Positions 9,374-18,948 of a stretch of DNA of 64,000 bases are shown piece after piece; within the stretch, counting starts at the first letter, position 1; the number at the start of each line of letters is the position of its first letter. Under the pieces are notes generated by a model that was not told where the DNA came from, did no database searches, and saw only the letters and a list, made by a program, of their open reading frames with translations. Where the stretch lies: the NCBI GenBank assembly GCA_964567265.1, contig CAZMLK010000001.1, positions 395,723 to 459,722 of the forward strand, given 5' to 3'. A program made the position numbers and the translations under genes. Source of the DNA: an uncultured Candidatus Saccharibacteria bacterium (GTDB taxonomy: Bacteria; Patescibacteriota; Minisyncoccia; Phycocordibacterales; UBA12088).

Positions 9374-9453
9374 ATTCTTGCCTTTCTGGACCATTTCTTG
9401 TATAGTCATGGGACAAAAGTATTTGACCAATAGTATAGCTTTAAACAAGACTT

Positions 9454-9726
9454 ATGGCACATCGTAAAGCAGGAGGCACCGCGAGAAACCTACGCGATTC
9501 AAACCCGAAATACCTCGGTGTGAAGCTGTATGCCGGCGAGACTGCCAAGGTCGGATCCGTCATCCTTCGTCAGCGAGGTACCCGCTATGAGCCGGGAGCA
9601 AACGTCGGTCTCGGCAAGGACCATACCCTGTTCGCCCTCAAGCCAGGCGTCGTCTCCTTCCGCACAAAGCGTAAGACACGCTTCAACGGCCAGGTGGTCC
9701 GAAAGCAGGTCGTGGACGTGAAATAA
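9454..9726 (+). CDS. rpmA: 50S ribosomal protein L27
   Basis: [24 protein letters not shown]... matches the L27 N-terminus. Confidence 0.92.
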   Translation: MAHRKAGGTARNLRDSNPKYLGVKLYAGETAKVGSVILRQRGTRYEPGANVGLGKDHTLFALKPGVVSFRTKRKTRFNGQVVRKQVVDVK

Positions 9727-9741
9727 TCCTCAAATTTGAAC

Positions 9742-9776
9742 AAAAAAACCGCAGGCTCTCGCCTGCGGTTTTTTGC
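9742..9776 (+). terminator. Intrinsic terminator after rpmA
   Basis: AACCGCAGGC-tctc-GCCTGCGGTT followed by TTTTTG. Confidence 0.7.
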
Positions 9777-9846
9777 ATATGCTTATCAAAAGGAAACCCC
9801 GTCGCGGCATGGCCGCGATGGGGTCTTGAGACCTCCTAGGAGGTCT

Positions 9847-10179
9847 TTAATGGCTCACGGATCGATCAGGAGAACGTGGAGTGGTGTCGAGAAGGATGCT
9901 GCAGTATTCCTCCGAAGTGACATACCTCTCGAGCGTTGTTCCCGGTCGTAGTTTCTGGAGCACAGACAGATGAGCAACGACATCATTTGCCAGTGCGATA
10001 CGGGACTCGCTGTTGTCCGGACGAAGAAGCCTATAGGTCCTCCACTTCTGGATTACTGTCTTAAGCCCGCGTTCTGCTTTGATTGCAGGCATCTCGACGG
10101 GCGGTGAGGCTAGCCTCCGCTCGCAGATTCTACCGACGAGTGCAGGGATGACGAACAGCATGACCGAAATCCTTTTCAT
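9847..10179 (-). CDS. Small hypothetical secreted protein
   Basis: ATG start with an N-terminal signal-like hydrophobic segment. A TTGACA-17-TTATAT promoter-like motif lies immediately upstream on the minus strand. No homology recognised. Confidence 0.4.
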   Translation of the reverse strand: MKRISVMLFVIPALVGRICERRLASPPVEMPAIKAERGLKTVIQKWRTYRLLRPDNSESRIALANDVVAHLSVLQKLRPGTTLERYVTSEEYCSILLDTTPRSPDRSVSH

Positions 10180-10240
10180 AGGAACGATTCATTGAAATAT
10201 AAACACGTATATACAGCAGTGTCAATGTATCAATTTTTGA

Positions 10241-10267
10241 CGAAATAAGAAACCGTGGCTTTGTCTG
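10241..10267 (-). terminator. Terminator hairpin after the 10283..10609 gene
   Basis: CCGTGGC/GCCACGG stem with a T-rich tract on the minus strand. Confidence 0.4.
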
Positions 10268-10282
10268 CCACGGCGCTTCTCG

Positions 10283-10609
10283 TCAGCTCTTCGATTGTTC
10301 GTGTATCCGGTGCAGCTCATCGAACGAGTCGGCCCATGTTTGGAGCGCAGCTCGTTTTATGGGATCCGGAACGACCTCTTCGAGCTTTTGCTCCTTCTCG
10401 ATACAGAGCGCGACGACAAGTGCTGCGGCTCGTGCTATTTCAAGCGGGCTCGGCTCTTCTTCCCTTCCCCGATACTTGGCGAGGCTCGCAAGAATGAGAT
10501 TGTAGGCCTTCAATGCCTCACGCGGAGTGGTCGGCTGTTTCTTTGCCAAGAAGCGGTACTCCGATGTTCGTGGCAGATTTGCCACAGGTGCCTGCACAGA
10601 TACAAACAT
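10283..10609 (-). CDS. Hypothetical protein
   Basis: 108-aa ORF with a terminator downstream and coding-like composition. No recognisable domain. Confidence 0.4.
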   Translation of the reverse strand: MFVSVQAPVANLPRTSEYRFLAKKQPTTPREALKAYNLILASLAKYRGREEEPSPLEIARAAALVVALCIEKEQKLEEVVPDPIKRAALQTWADSFDELHRIHEQSKS

Positions 10610-10658
10610 CTTGAAGCACGACCGTCAATCGAGCTGTTCGAGAACTGTAGATGCCTTG

Positions 10659-11102
10659 TTACGCCTTTTGAATAGAAATGGTGAAGACTGCCGAACGCTT
10701 CTCGTACCACGCTTCAAGAGTATGGTCGCCGGTCGTCTTGAGTGGCGCGGCCAACTTGAGCGCGTCGCTTGGAAGCTTGATCTTGTATTCTGACTCGATC
10801 GCTTTCAGGATCTGATCCTTCTTGATGCCCTCGAAGAGATGGCCTTTTTCATTCGCTTTCGCTGCAATGATGACCTTGGCGCCGCGGAGCGCATCGATGT
10901 TCTGCATGAAGTACGCGCGGGTCGCCGCCTCGGCCTGAAGCGCCTGGTCCTTCTCGGCTTTTGCCGCGGCAATCTTCCCCGGCGTGGCCACTTCCGCTAC
11001 GCGCTTGGGAAAAAGGAAGTTATGGGCGTAGCCCTCAGAGACTTCCTTCACCTCATGCTTCCTGCCGACACCGCGCACGTCCTGGAGCAGAATTACTTTC
11101 AT
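10659..11102 (-). CDS. rplI: 50S ribosomal protein L9
   Basis: MKVILLQDVRGVGRKHEVKEVSEGYAHNFLFPK matches the L9 N-terminus. The start was re-set from the listed ORF (14-codon extension). Confidence 0.88.
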   Translation of the reverse strand: MKVILLQDVRGVGRKHEVKEVSEGYAHNFLFPKRVAEVATPGKIAAAKAEKDQALQAEAATRAYFMQNIDALRGAKVIIAAKANEKGHLFEGIKKDQILKAIESEYKIKLPSDALKLAAPLKTTGDHTLEAWYEKRSAVFTISIQKA

Positions 11103-11121
11103 ATGTGGTGATTGTATAGAA

Positions 11122-11156
11122 CAGAGCCCCCGGATGCAACGCATCCGGGGGCTCTG
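11122..11156 (-). terminator. Intrinsic terminator after ctpA
   Basis: 16-bp perfect stem CAGAGCCCCCGGATGC/GCATCCGGGGGCTCTG. Confidence 0.6.
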
Positions 11157-11167
11157 TGTGGATCTGC

Positions 11168-12457
11168 CTAATTTCCAGTCTTCAGGTAGACTGCAGCGCG
11201 TTCGAGCTGGGTGTCGCGACCGAGCTTGAGATCGTCCTCAGTGAATGTGACCGGGATATCAGGCGTGAGGCCTCCGGCTGAGATGGAACGGCCATTCGGA
11301 GTGAGCCACTGCGCGACGGTCACCTTGAGCGAGGTTTCCGGAGTCACGTTGATGAGCTCCTGTACCGATCCCTTTCCAAAGCTGCGCTCGCCGATCAGCT
11401 TCGCTACTCCCTGCTCCTGGAGCGCGCCTGCGAGGATTTCTGATGCCGATGCGGAACCCTGGTTGATGAGGACCGCGACCTTGAAGTTGTTATTCCCGTA
11501 GATGTTGTAGCCCTTGCTGCGGTATGTGCGGTTCTCCTGTCCGCCTCCGAAGTGCTCCTCAACGACCACCTTTCCGGTCGGGAGGAACCATCCGGCCATA
11601 TCGACAGCAGCCTCGAGGAATCCTCCCGGATTACCGCGGAGGTCTATGACGAGCTTGTCGGACTTACTCTCGAGGAACTTGCGGATCGCGTCGCGGAAAT
11701 CATTCGCTGACGTGGCACCGAAGCTATAGAGGTGGATCACGTAGACATTGTCAGGACGGAGTTCCTGCGCGATCGTCGGGACCTTGATGGTATCGCGGAC
11801 GATGGTGACTTCGATCGGCTTGTCGGAGCCCTTGCGGATGAGCGTGAGCGTGACCTTGGTCCCGATCTTGCCGCGGATCTTCTTGACTGCTTCTTCGACA
11901 GAAAGGCCTTCCGTCGTGACGCCGTCAACCTTCGCGACGAGGTCTCCTGCCTTCACGCCGACCTTCTCCGCCGGTGAATCCTTGAGCGGAGTCACGACCG
12001 TGACAATGTCATTGCGGAGGCCGATCTCCATACCTACGCCACCGAAGCTGCCATTAATGTCATCGTTGAACTGCTGGTTCTTGACCGGTGGGAAGAAGAC
12101 CGTATACGGATCGCCCAGCGATTTCGCGAGCCCTTCGATGGCGCCCCAGACTTTGTCCTGGTCGTCGATGCGCGCTTCGAGCGCGGAGCTCGTAGATGTC
12201 GTCGCGGATGTCGCAGGAACGTAGCGCTGGTTGATTATCGCCCACGCCTTGTAGAGCGGCGCGAAATCGACTCCTTCTGGCGGCGCAGTATAATCGCTAC
12301 CGACGATGGTCATGGTACTCGCACGCGTCTCTTGGTAGTCGCCGATTGCGAGGCCTGCGAAGAATGCGACGGATACTAACACGAGGATAAACGAGTAACC
12401 GACGCCGCTCTTTCGGATATGCGCGAGTATTGTATTCATTACTAGACAGTATCGCAA
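11168..12457 (-). CDS. ctpA: Carboxy-terminal processing protease (S41 family, with a PDZ domain)
   Basis: DLRGNPGGFLEAAVDMAGWFL and GSASASEILAGALQ motifs. The N-terminus has a TM anchor. Confidence 0.85.
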   Translation of the reverse strand: MRYCLVMNTILAHIRKSGVGYSFILVLVSVAFFAGLAIGDYQETRASTMTIVGSDYTAPPEGVDFAPLYKAWAIINQRYVPATSATTSTSSALEARIDDQDKVWGAIEGLAKSLGDPYTVFFPPVKNQQFNDDINGSFGGVGMEIGLRNDIVTVVTPLKDSPAEKVGVKAGDLVAKVDGVTTEGLSVEEAVKKIRGKIGTKVTLTLIRKGSDKPIEVTIVRDTIKVPTIAQELRPDNVYVIHLYSFGATSANDFRDAIRKFLESKSDKLVIDLRGNPGGFLEAAVDMAGWFLPTGKVVVEEHFGGGQENRTYRSKGYNIYGNNNFKVAVLINQGSASASEILAGALQEQGVAKLIGERSFGKGSVQELINVTPETSLKVTVAQWLTPNGRSISAGGLTPDIPVTFTEDDLKLGRDTQLERAAVYLKTGN

Positions 12458-12550
12458 AGGCGAACACTCTCGTCAATTTGCGTGGAGTCGGGAAAACGCG
12501 TTGTCCTTCGATTTTGAATCACGCTATACTGAAGTTCTAATGAATTCGAA

Positions 12551-13465
12551 ATGATCACGAGGAACACGTACAAGAAGCTGTTGTGGATCGATCTCGAATC
12601 GCCGACTGCGGAGGAAGTGAAGGAAGTGATGGGGGAATTCTCGCTCGATCCCATGATCGCGGACGAGCTTCTCTTCCCCAGCCTGAAACCGAAAGTCGAG
12701 ATCGGAGGTGACTACCTGTATCTCGTGCTCCATTTCCCTGCTCTCAAGCACAGCCATAAGAGCGGGACTGCGCAGGAGATCGATTTCATCGTCGGCGAAT
12801 CATTCGTGATCACGACCCATTACGACACCATCGACCCCCTCCACAAGTTCGCGAAGATCTTCGAGGTGAATTCGATACTCGACCGGAGCGACATCGGCAC
12901 GAATGCCGGATATCTCTTCTACTACATGCTCAAGAAGCTGTACCAGTCCTTGGACCACGAGCTTGAATACATTTATGATGCGCTTCTTACTGCCGAGGCA
13001 GGCATATTCGAAGGACAGGAGAAACAGATGGTCCGGAAGCTCTCGCTCGTGAGCCGTGACCTCCTCAATATGCGCCAGGCGCTCGTGGGACACGCAGACA
13101 TCCTCCGCTCGCTCGAGCAGAGCGCGCCCGAGATATTCGGGAAGTCCATCACGAAGCGTATCCGCGACATCTCGACCGAGTATTACCGGATCGAGAATAC
13201 GATGAAATCCCACTCCGCGCTCCTCCTCGAACTCAGGGAAACGAACAACTCGCTGGTCTCGACGAAGCAGAACGAAGTCATGAAGACCTTCACCATCATG
13301 GCGTTCACGACGCTGCCGCTTTCCCTGATTGCAGCGGTGTTCGGCATGAACACGCAGTATACGCCGGTCTCCGGGCATCCATTTGACTTTTGGATCATCG
13401 TCGCCATGATGGTGGTAACGGCGCTTGCCTTCTTCGGATACTTCCGGCACAAGGGCTGGCTCTAA
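12551..13465 (+). CDS. corA: CorA-family magnesium/cobalt transporter
   Basis: GMN signature (VFGMNTQ) followed by two C-terminal TM helices. Confidence 0.85.
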   Translation: MITRNTYKKLLWIDLESPTAEEVKEVMGEFSLDPMIADELLFPSLKPKVEIGGDYLYLVLHFPALKHSHKSGTAQEIDFIVGESFVITTHYDTIDPLHKFAKIFEVNSILDRSDIGTNAGYLFYYMLKKLYQSLDHELEYIYDALLTAEAGIFEGQEKQMVRKLSLVSRDLLNMRQALVGHADILRSLEQSAPEIFGKSITKRIRDISTEYYRIENTMKSHSALLLELRETNNSLVSTKQNEVMKTFTIMAFTTLPLSLIAAVFGMNTQYTPVSGHPFDFWIIVAMMVVTALAFFGYFRHKGWL

Positions 13466-13497
13466 GCCGGACCTGTAGGCGCTGACCCACCCTCCCG

Positions 13498-14970
13498 ATG
13501 TTTTTCCTATCACTCGACAAGCAAACGCCCCCGCCACCCCCTCCGAAACCGCCCCTGCGGCTCTGGAACACCCTTTCGGCTGCCAAGGAGATCTTCGTCC
13601 CGATCCGCGGCCCCAAGGTCACGATGTACAACTGCGGCCCCACGGTGTACGACCATCAGCACATAGGCAACCTGAAACCGTATGTCTTCGCGGATGTGCT
13701 CCGGCGCACGCTCGAATACAACGACTTCGAGGTGAAGCAGGTCATCAACATCACGGATGTAGGGCATCTCGTTTCCGACGCTGACGACGGCGAGGACAAG
13801 CTCGAGAAAGGCGCGAAGAAATTCGGGCTCACCGCGCAGGCGCTCGCGAAGCAGATCACTGTTGAATATAAGGACGACCTCGAGAAGGTCGATATCAAGA
13901 CGAAAAAAATTCAATTCACGAAGGCCACCGATTATATCGGTGAGCAGATCGCGCTCGTGCAGACGCTTGAAGAAAAAGGCTACACGTACCGCACCGACGA
14001 CGGCATCTATTTCGACACCTCCCGCTTCCCTTCGTACGGCAAGCTTGGCAATATCCACATCGAGGGTTTGAAGCCGGGTGCGCGCGTCGCTGGAGGCGAG
14101 AAGCGGCATCCGACCGATTTCGCGCTCTGGAAATTCTCAGCGAAAGGCGAGAAGCGTCAACAGGAATGGAAATCGCCATGGGGCATCGGCTTCCCGGGTT
14201 GGCACCTCGAATGCACCGCGATGATCTTCGCCGAGCTCGGCCGCCAGATCGATATTCATACCGGCGGCATCGACCACATACCGGTCCACCACAACAACGA
14301 GATCGCGCAAGCGGAGGCGGCGACCGGCAAGCAGTACGTGAAGTACTGGCTCCACAACGCATTCATCACGATCGAGGGCAAGAAGATCTCGAAGTCTCTC
14401 GGGAACACCATCCTTCTCCGCAATATCACTGACCGCGGCCTGAATCCGCTCGCCTATCGCATGTGGCTCCTCGGCGGGCACTACCGTTCGCCGATGAATT
14501 TCACTTGGGAAGCCGTGGAGGGTGCGAATACCGCGCTGTTGAAGCTGCATCGGTATTTCGTTGACGAGCTTCCCTCCCGCGCTGGCGGCAGCGTTGACGC
14601 TTCATACCAACTGCGGTTTCAGGAGGCTGTCAATGACGATCTTGATACGCCGAAAGCGCTCGCACTCTTGTTTGAGCTCGTGAAGGACGATTCCGTCACG
14701 GAAGCCGACAAGCGGGCGACTATCCTCGACTTCGACCGCGTGCTCGGCATCGGATTCATCGAGGGAAGGAAGAAAATGAAGGATGCCCTTTCGATCAACG
14801 TCCTCAGAGAAGGCGACATCCCGAAAGATATTCAGGGACTCATCACTGAGCGTGAAGCGGCACGTGCCGCAAAGAACTGGATGGAAGCCGATCGCCTCCG
14901 CGACCAGCTCGAACGGAAAGGATACACCGTCACGGACACGCCGAAAGGTTCCATGGTCGAGAGGGCTTGA
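13498..14970 (+). CDS. cysS: Cysteinyl-tRNA synthetase
   Basis: MYNCGPTVYDHQHIGN (HIGH motif) and KISKSLGN (KMSKS motif). The N-terminus has an unusual poly-Pro tract. Confidence 0.9.
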   Translation: MFFLSLDKQTPPPPPPKPPLRLWNTLSAAKEIFVPIRGPKVTMYNCGPTVYDHQHIGNLKPYVFADVLRRTLEYNDFEVKQVINITDVGHLVSDADDGEDKLEKGAKKFGLTAQALAKQITVEYKDDLEKVDIKTKKIQFTKATDYIGEQIALVQTLEEKGYTYRTDDGIYFDTSRFPSYGKLGNIHIEGLKPGARVAGGEKRHPTDFALWKFSAKGEKRQQEWKSPWGIGFPGWHLECTAMIFAELGRQIDIHTGGIDHIPVHHNNEIAQAEAATGKQYVKYWLHNAFITIEGKKISKSLGNTILLRNITDRGLNPLAYRMWLLGGHYRSPMNFTWEAVEGANTALLKLHRYFVDELPSRAGGSVDASYQLRFQEAVNDDLDTPKALALLFELVKDDSVTEADKRATILDFDRVLGIGFIEGRKKMKDALSINVLREGDIPKDIQGLITEREAARAAKNWMEADRLRDQLERKGYTVTDTPKGSMVERA

Positions 14971-15278
14971 GCCGGCATCTTTCCTGCCGTATGGTGCGAG
15001 GGCAGGAATCCGAACGAACAAGCGTACTTTGTCGCTTGGACTTCCCAATGTTCTGCCGAGGTCGTTTCCTGCGCAACGGTCACGTACGCTTCAGAGGACT
15101 CCTGCACTCCTCCCGTCTGCATGCATGCAGCGAGTTTTTTGTTTGAAATTCTTGACAGGTTCCACGGATTCCGGCATGGTTGGTAGCGGAGGGTGCGGTT
15201 ACATTCTTGACGCAGGTTTTTGAATGTTGCACTACCGCACCTTCCATATCGATCTTGTTGGCGTTTCCTCCCGACTTC

Positions 15279-15308
15279 GCCCGGCGCTTCGCGCCGGGCT
15301 TTTATATT
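15279..15308 (+). terminator. Intrinsic terminator inside the cysS-dnaB intergenic region
   Basis: GCCCGGCGC-ttc-GCGCCGGGC followed by TTTTATATT. Confidence 0.5.
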
Positions 15309-15405
15309 CCTCGGACCTCCATTTTCTATACACACCTTAGGAACACGAAATCCCTATTTGGGGACTTCCCTGCCCCCAAACCCGACGTGCTAGAATTGCC
15401 CTACC

Positions 15406-16788
15406 ATGGCAACCGCACCCGTACGCTCCCTTCGTATTCCTCCCCACAATCTCGATTCCGAGAAGGCGCTTCTTGGGGCGCTTATGTTGAAGCCGGATTC
15501 GCTCCACGACATCAGCGATCTCGTATCGCCGGAATCGTTCTACGCAGAGAAGCATCGCATGATCATGGTCGCGATCATGGAACTGTTCTCGAAGAGCGAA
15601 GGCATTGACCTCCTGACCGTTTCCTCCAAGCTCCGTGACCAGAAGCGGCTCGAGCAGATCGGCGGCGGAAGCTACCTTTCCGAGCTCATGAATACGGTTC
15701 CTGCGGCAGCAAACGCGAAGTTCTATGCCGAGATGGTCCAGAAGACGGCACTGCTTCGCGGCGTCATCGCAGCCGCCGAAGATATCGGCGAGATGGGCTA
15801 TGACCAGAATACTGCCGTAGACGAGATCCTCGATCGCGCTGAGAAGCGCATGTACCAGGTCGCGCACGCGACGTCTACCCGCAAATTCATTGCGCTCCGC
15901 GACGGGCTTGATGATGCATGGAACCGTCTCGACGCGCTCCATAACGCTAATGGCGCGACCCGCGGCGTCCCGACCGGATACAAGGATCTCGACAACCTCC
16001 TTTCCGGATTCCAGCCATCCGACCTCATCATCCTCGCAGCCCGTCCCTCGATCGGTAAGACCTCATTTGCCCTTGATATCGCGCGTCAGGCCGCGACCAT
16101 GCACAACGTGCCGGTCGGCATCTTCTCGCTTGAAATGAGCTCGCAGCAGCTCGTAGACCGCCTGCTCTCGGCCGAAGCACGCGTCGACGCCTGGAAGCTT
16201 CGAACGGGGAAGCTCTCGACCGACCAGGAGTTCGAGCAGATTCGCGGCGCGCTCGACCGCCTCGCCTCGGCGCCGATCTACATCGATGACCAGCCGTCCG
16301 CGAGCATCCTCACCATGCGCTCGGTCGCGCGCCGCCTCATGCGCGAGCATGGGCTCGGGCTCATCATCATCGACTACCTCCAGCTCATGGTCCCGACCAA
16401 CTCGCGCGCGACGGACAACCTCGTGCAGCAGGTCACCGAGATCTCACGCTCGCTGAAAGGCATGGCGCGCGAGCTCAACGTGCCTGTGCTCGCGCTCTCG
16501 CAGCTCTCGCGCGCCGTCGAGGCGCGCGGCGGCAAGCCGCGCCTCTCCGACCTCCGCGACTCCGGCTCGATCGAGCAGGACGCCGATGTCGTTATGTTCA
16601 TTCACCGCGATGACAAGATCAATCCGAACTCCGATCAGCCGAATATCGCCGAGATCATGATCGAGAAGCACCGCAACGGCCCGACCGGCAGCGTCAAGCT
16701 GTTCTTCGACAGCGCGAAGACCTCGTTCCTCCCGATCGAGAAGAGCGATTTCGGATCCTTCGAGACCGCGGTTGCCGACGACTTCTAA
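15406..16788 (+). CDS. dnaB: Replicative DNA helicase
   Basis: DnaB N-terminal domain, Walker A ARPSIGKTSF, and C-terminal RecA-like motifs. Confidence 0.92.
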   Translation: MATAPVRSLRIPPHNLDSEKALLGALMLKPDSLHDISDLVSPESFYAEKHRMIMVAIMELFSKSEGIDLLTVSSKLRDQKRLEQIGGGSYLSELMNTVPAAANAKFYAEMVQKTALLRGVIAAAEDIGEMGYDQNTAVDEILDRAEKRMYQVAHATSTRKFIALRDGLDDAWNRLDALHNANGATRGVPTGYKDLDNLLSGFQPSDLIILAARPSIGKTSFALDIARQAATMHNVPVGIFSLEMSSQQLVDRLLSAEARVDAWKLRTGKLSTDQEFEQIRGALDRLASAPIYIDDQPSASILTMRSVARRLMREHGLGLIIIDYLQLMVPTNSRATDNLVQQVTEISRSLKGMARELNVPVLALSQLSRAVEARGGKPRLSDLRDSGSIEQDADVVMFIHRDDKINPNSDQPNIAEIMIEKHRNGPTGSVKLFFDSAKTSFLPIEKSDFGSFETAVADDF

Positions 16789-16798
16789 CCTCTTTCCC

Positions 16799-17419
16799 AT
16801 GAATACCATCGCCAAGCTCGCGGAGCTTTTTAACGAATTCCCTGGAATAGGGCCGCGCCAAGCGAAGCGGTTCGTGTATTTCCTCTTGACCAAGCATCCC
16901 CGATTCCTCGAGGAGCTCGCAGAGGCGCTGAAGACGCTCCAGCGGAGCGTCGCGATCTGCCCGTCCTGCTATCGCTACTTCACCCGGAATGGATCGCCCG
17001 AACCGCGTTGCGGAACCTGCGCTGACTCCTCGCGCTCGGAAGCCACCCTCATGATCGTTGAGAAGGATGTTGATTTCGAGAATATCGAGAAAAGCCGCGT
17101 CTATGACGGCAAGTATTTCATCCTCGGCGGGACCATCTCCTTGCTTGATAAGGAGCCGGAGACGAAGGTCCATTCACGGGAGCTCGCGCGGATCGTAGAC
17201 GAGCGCGGCAAGTCTGGAATATTGAAAGAGATTATCCTCGCGCTCTCAGCGAACGCAGATGGCGAAGAAACTGGAGATTATGTACGCGAAATACTGACTC
17301 CTGCAATCGAAGGGTATGGAATCAAGGTCTCACTTTTTGGCCGCGGACTCTCGACCGGCAGCGAGCTTGAGTATGCAGATTCGGAGACCATCAAGAATGC
17401 GTTCGCAAACCGAAAGTGA
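16799..17419 (+). CDS. recR: Recombination protein RecR
   Basis: LAELFNEFPGIGPRQAKRFVYFLL helix-hairpin-helix and a C4 zinc finger (CPSC...CGTC). The start was re-set to the ATG after the dnaB stop. Confidence 0.85.
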   Translation: MNTIAKLAELFNEFPGIGPRQAKRFVYFLLTKHPRFLEELAEALKTLQRSVAICPSCYRYFTRNGSPEPRCGTCADSSRSEATLMIVEKDVDFENIEKSRVYDGKYFILGGTISLLDKEPETKVHSRELARIVDERGKSGILKEIILALSANADGEETGDYVREILTPAIEGYGIKVSLFGRGLSTGSELEYADSETIKNAFANRK

Positions 17420-17486
17420 TTTTGGCCCAACCATGCATATGAAATGGAGACAGTTGTGGACGCAACTGTCTCCATTTTCAATCCGC

Positions 17487-17849
17487 TCATTGCTTATACA
17501 CGAGCGGGAGGTTATTAGAAAGAGCGTATAGACAGGTGATGAGGAGATCCTTTCGATTGCCAACGGCCTCATCCTCCGGAGTACCGGCGGCGATCCTGAT
17601 GTAGTGCTCCCCTTCGTACTCTATAATCTGTACCCCCCAAACTGGAAGACGGAGGTGCTTCCCGTCCTCGAGGGCCGCCAATAGCATTCTCTGATGCTTT
17701 TTGGGGAGCGGCGAAAGGATGCGCAGCAATTGGAGCGACGATATCGGAGAGTATAAATAACGCCGGCCATCATCGTCTGCGATTCCGACGACTTGCTGAA
17801 GCCTCTCGAGCTCGAGGTGATAGTCCACATTCCTATCCATCACGGGCAT
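17487..17849 (-). CDS. Hypothetical protein
   Basis: 120-aa ORF. No recognisable domain. Confidence 0.35.
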   Translation of the reverse strand: MPVMDRNVDYHLELERLQQVVGIADDDGRRYLYSPISSLQLLRILSPLPKKHQRMLLAALEDGKHLRLPVWGVQIIEYEGEHYIRIAAGTPEDEAVGNRKDLLITCLYALSNNLPLVYKQ

Positions 17850-17905
17850 CACTCACTCGTTGGGTTACCTACCGTAGTTATAACAAGCGAGGGGCGAAAT
17901 GCAAT

Positions 17906-17935
17906 CCGGCCCCGCGAGAGCGGGGCCGGTTGTTT
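17906..17935 (-). terminator. Terminator hairpin after rplU
   Basis: CCGGCCCCGC-gaga-GCGGGGCCGG. Confidence 0.45.
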
Positions 17936-17941
17936 AGGGAC

Positions 17942-18250
17942 TTAGTCGATGGTGACCTTGAGGAAAGGCTGGCGATGGCCGCGGTTCTTGAAGTAGCGGG
18001 CCTTCGGCTTGTACTTGATGACCGCGATCTTCTTGTGGCGTCCGACTTCTTTGATCGTGCCGACGACCTTGCCGCCGGAGACTGATGGGAGGCCGAGCTT
18101 GGTAGCCTTGCCGTCGTCCGTGAGGAGGACCTCCTCGAAGGTGACCTTGTCGCCCACCTTCAAATCACCCTTCATCTGCTCGATAGAAATGGTATCGCCC
18201 GAGGCGACCACGTACTGCTTTCCGCCTGTTTTGATTACTGAAAAATCCAT
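17942..18250 (-). CDS. rplU: 50S ribosomal protein L21
   Basis: MDFSVIKTGGKQYVV... matches the L21 N-terminus. It is not adjacent to rpmA. Confidence 0.9.
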   Translation of the reverse strand: MDFSVIKTGGKQYVVASGDTISIEQMKGDLKVGDKVTFEEVLLTDDGKATKLGLPSVSGGKVVGTIKEVGRHKKIAVIKYKPKARYFKNRGHRQPFLKVTID

Positions 18251-18367
18251 ATGTCGTATATAAGTCCGATAAATATAGCCTATTTCCTAGAAAATACAAG
18301 GGGGTATGGAAATGGCCGCCCGCGAAGGTGCGGGCGGCCAAGATTCAGAAGGAGCACAGTCTCAGGT

Positions 18368-18556
18368 CTAGAAAAGCTGCAAATTCCTCCGGTCTTTCTC
18401 CGCCCAGTACAGGGAGCGTTGTTCAGGAGTCATTTCTTGAACGATACGCCGCTCTTGCTCCGCGGAGCGGTCGAGCGCATCACCCAGATCTGACCAGAAG
18501 GCGCGACAGGACTCCTGGAAGCTCCGGAGGAGCTGTCGAATCCATTTGAAAGGCAT
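18368..18556 (-). CDS. Small hypothetical protein (62 aa)
   Basis: ATG preceded by GGAGG with a 9-nt spacer, a TTGACA-17-TATTAC promoter-like motif, and a terminator hairpin 18303..18330 downstream. Confidence 0.4.
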   Translation of the reverse strand: MPFKWIRQLLRSFQESCRAFWSDLGDALDRSAEQERRIVQEMTPEQRSLYWAEKDRRNLQLF

Positions 18557-18641
18557 GGTACCCTACCTCCTCTACAGACTTACTTTTTACAGTAATACAT
18601 ATTTAATTGCCATTTGTCAAGTATCGAATGTGGAAAAGAGA

Positions 18642-18678
18642 ACCGCCCCGAGGGGCGGTAAATGCTTTGTTTTTTGGC
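18642..18678. terminator. Terminator hairpin
   Basis: ACCGCCCC-gag-GGGGCGGT with T-runs on both strands. It sits downstream of the 18682..18879 small ORF and rmuC (minus strand). Confidence 0.45.
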
Positions 18679-18948
18679 GCTTCAGAGTGCCCGGCGATAC
18701 TTTCTCAGCTTCTTCTCTTCTGGACTCTCCTGTTGTGGTGGGGATGGAGGTGCGCTCCACTTGTGAGATGGAGGCAACGCTCTCGGTACGAGTTGCAGCA
18801 TGTAGCGCCAATACGCAACGACGGTTCTGTAGTTGGCGTGCCACTGCAAAAGACAACGGGGTTGAAATTGGCCGAATGTCATTTGAACCACCCTTCTACG
18901 TAAAGCTGACCTTGTTGTAGGCCGATTTTTGAATGGTGTCAATGCCAG

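Noticed and set aside
10659-11144. N-terminal extensions in many listed ORFs (rplI, frr, holB, murA, recR, the mreB paralogue, rsmH, proS, the EVE protein, the GatB/YqeY protein)
   Set aside because: The ORF track translates GTG/TTG as M and reports the longest frame. Conserved protein N-termini, abutting upstream stops, and terminator hairpins place the real starts at internal ATGs. Coordinates were trimmed accordingly.
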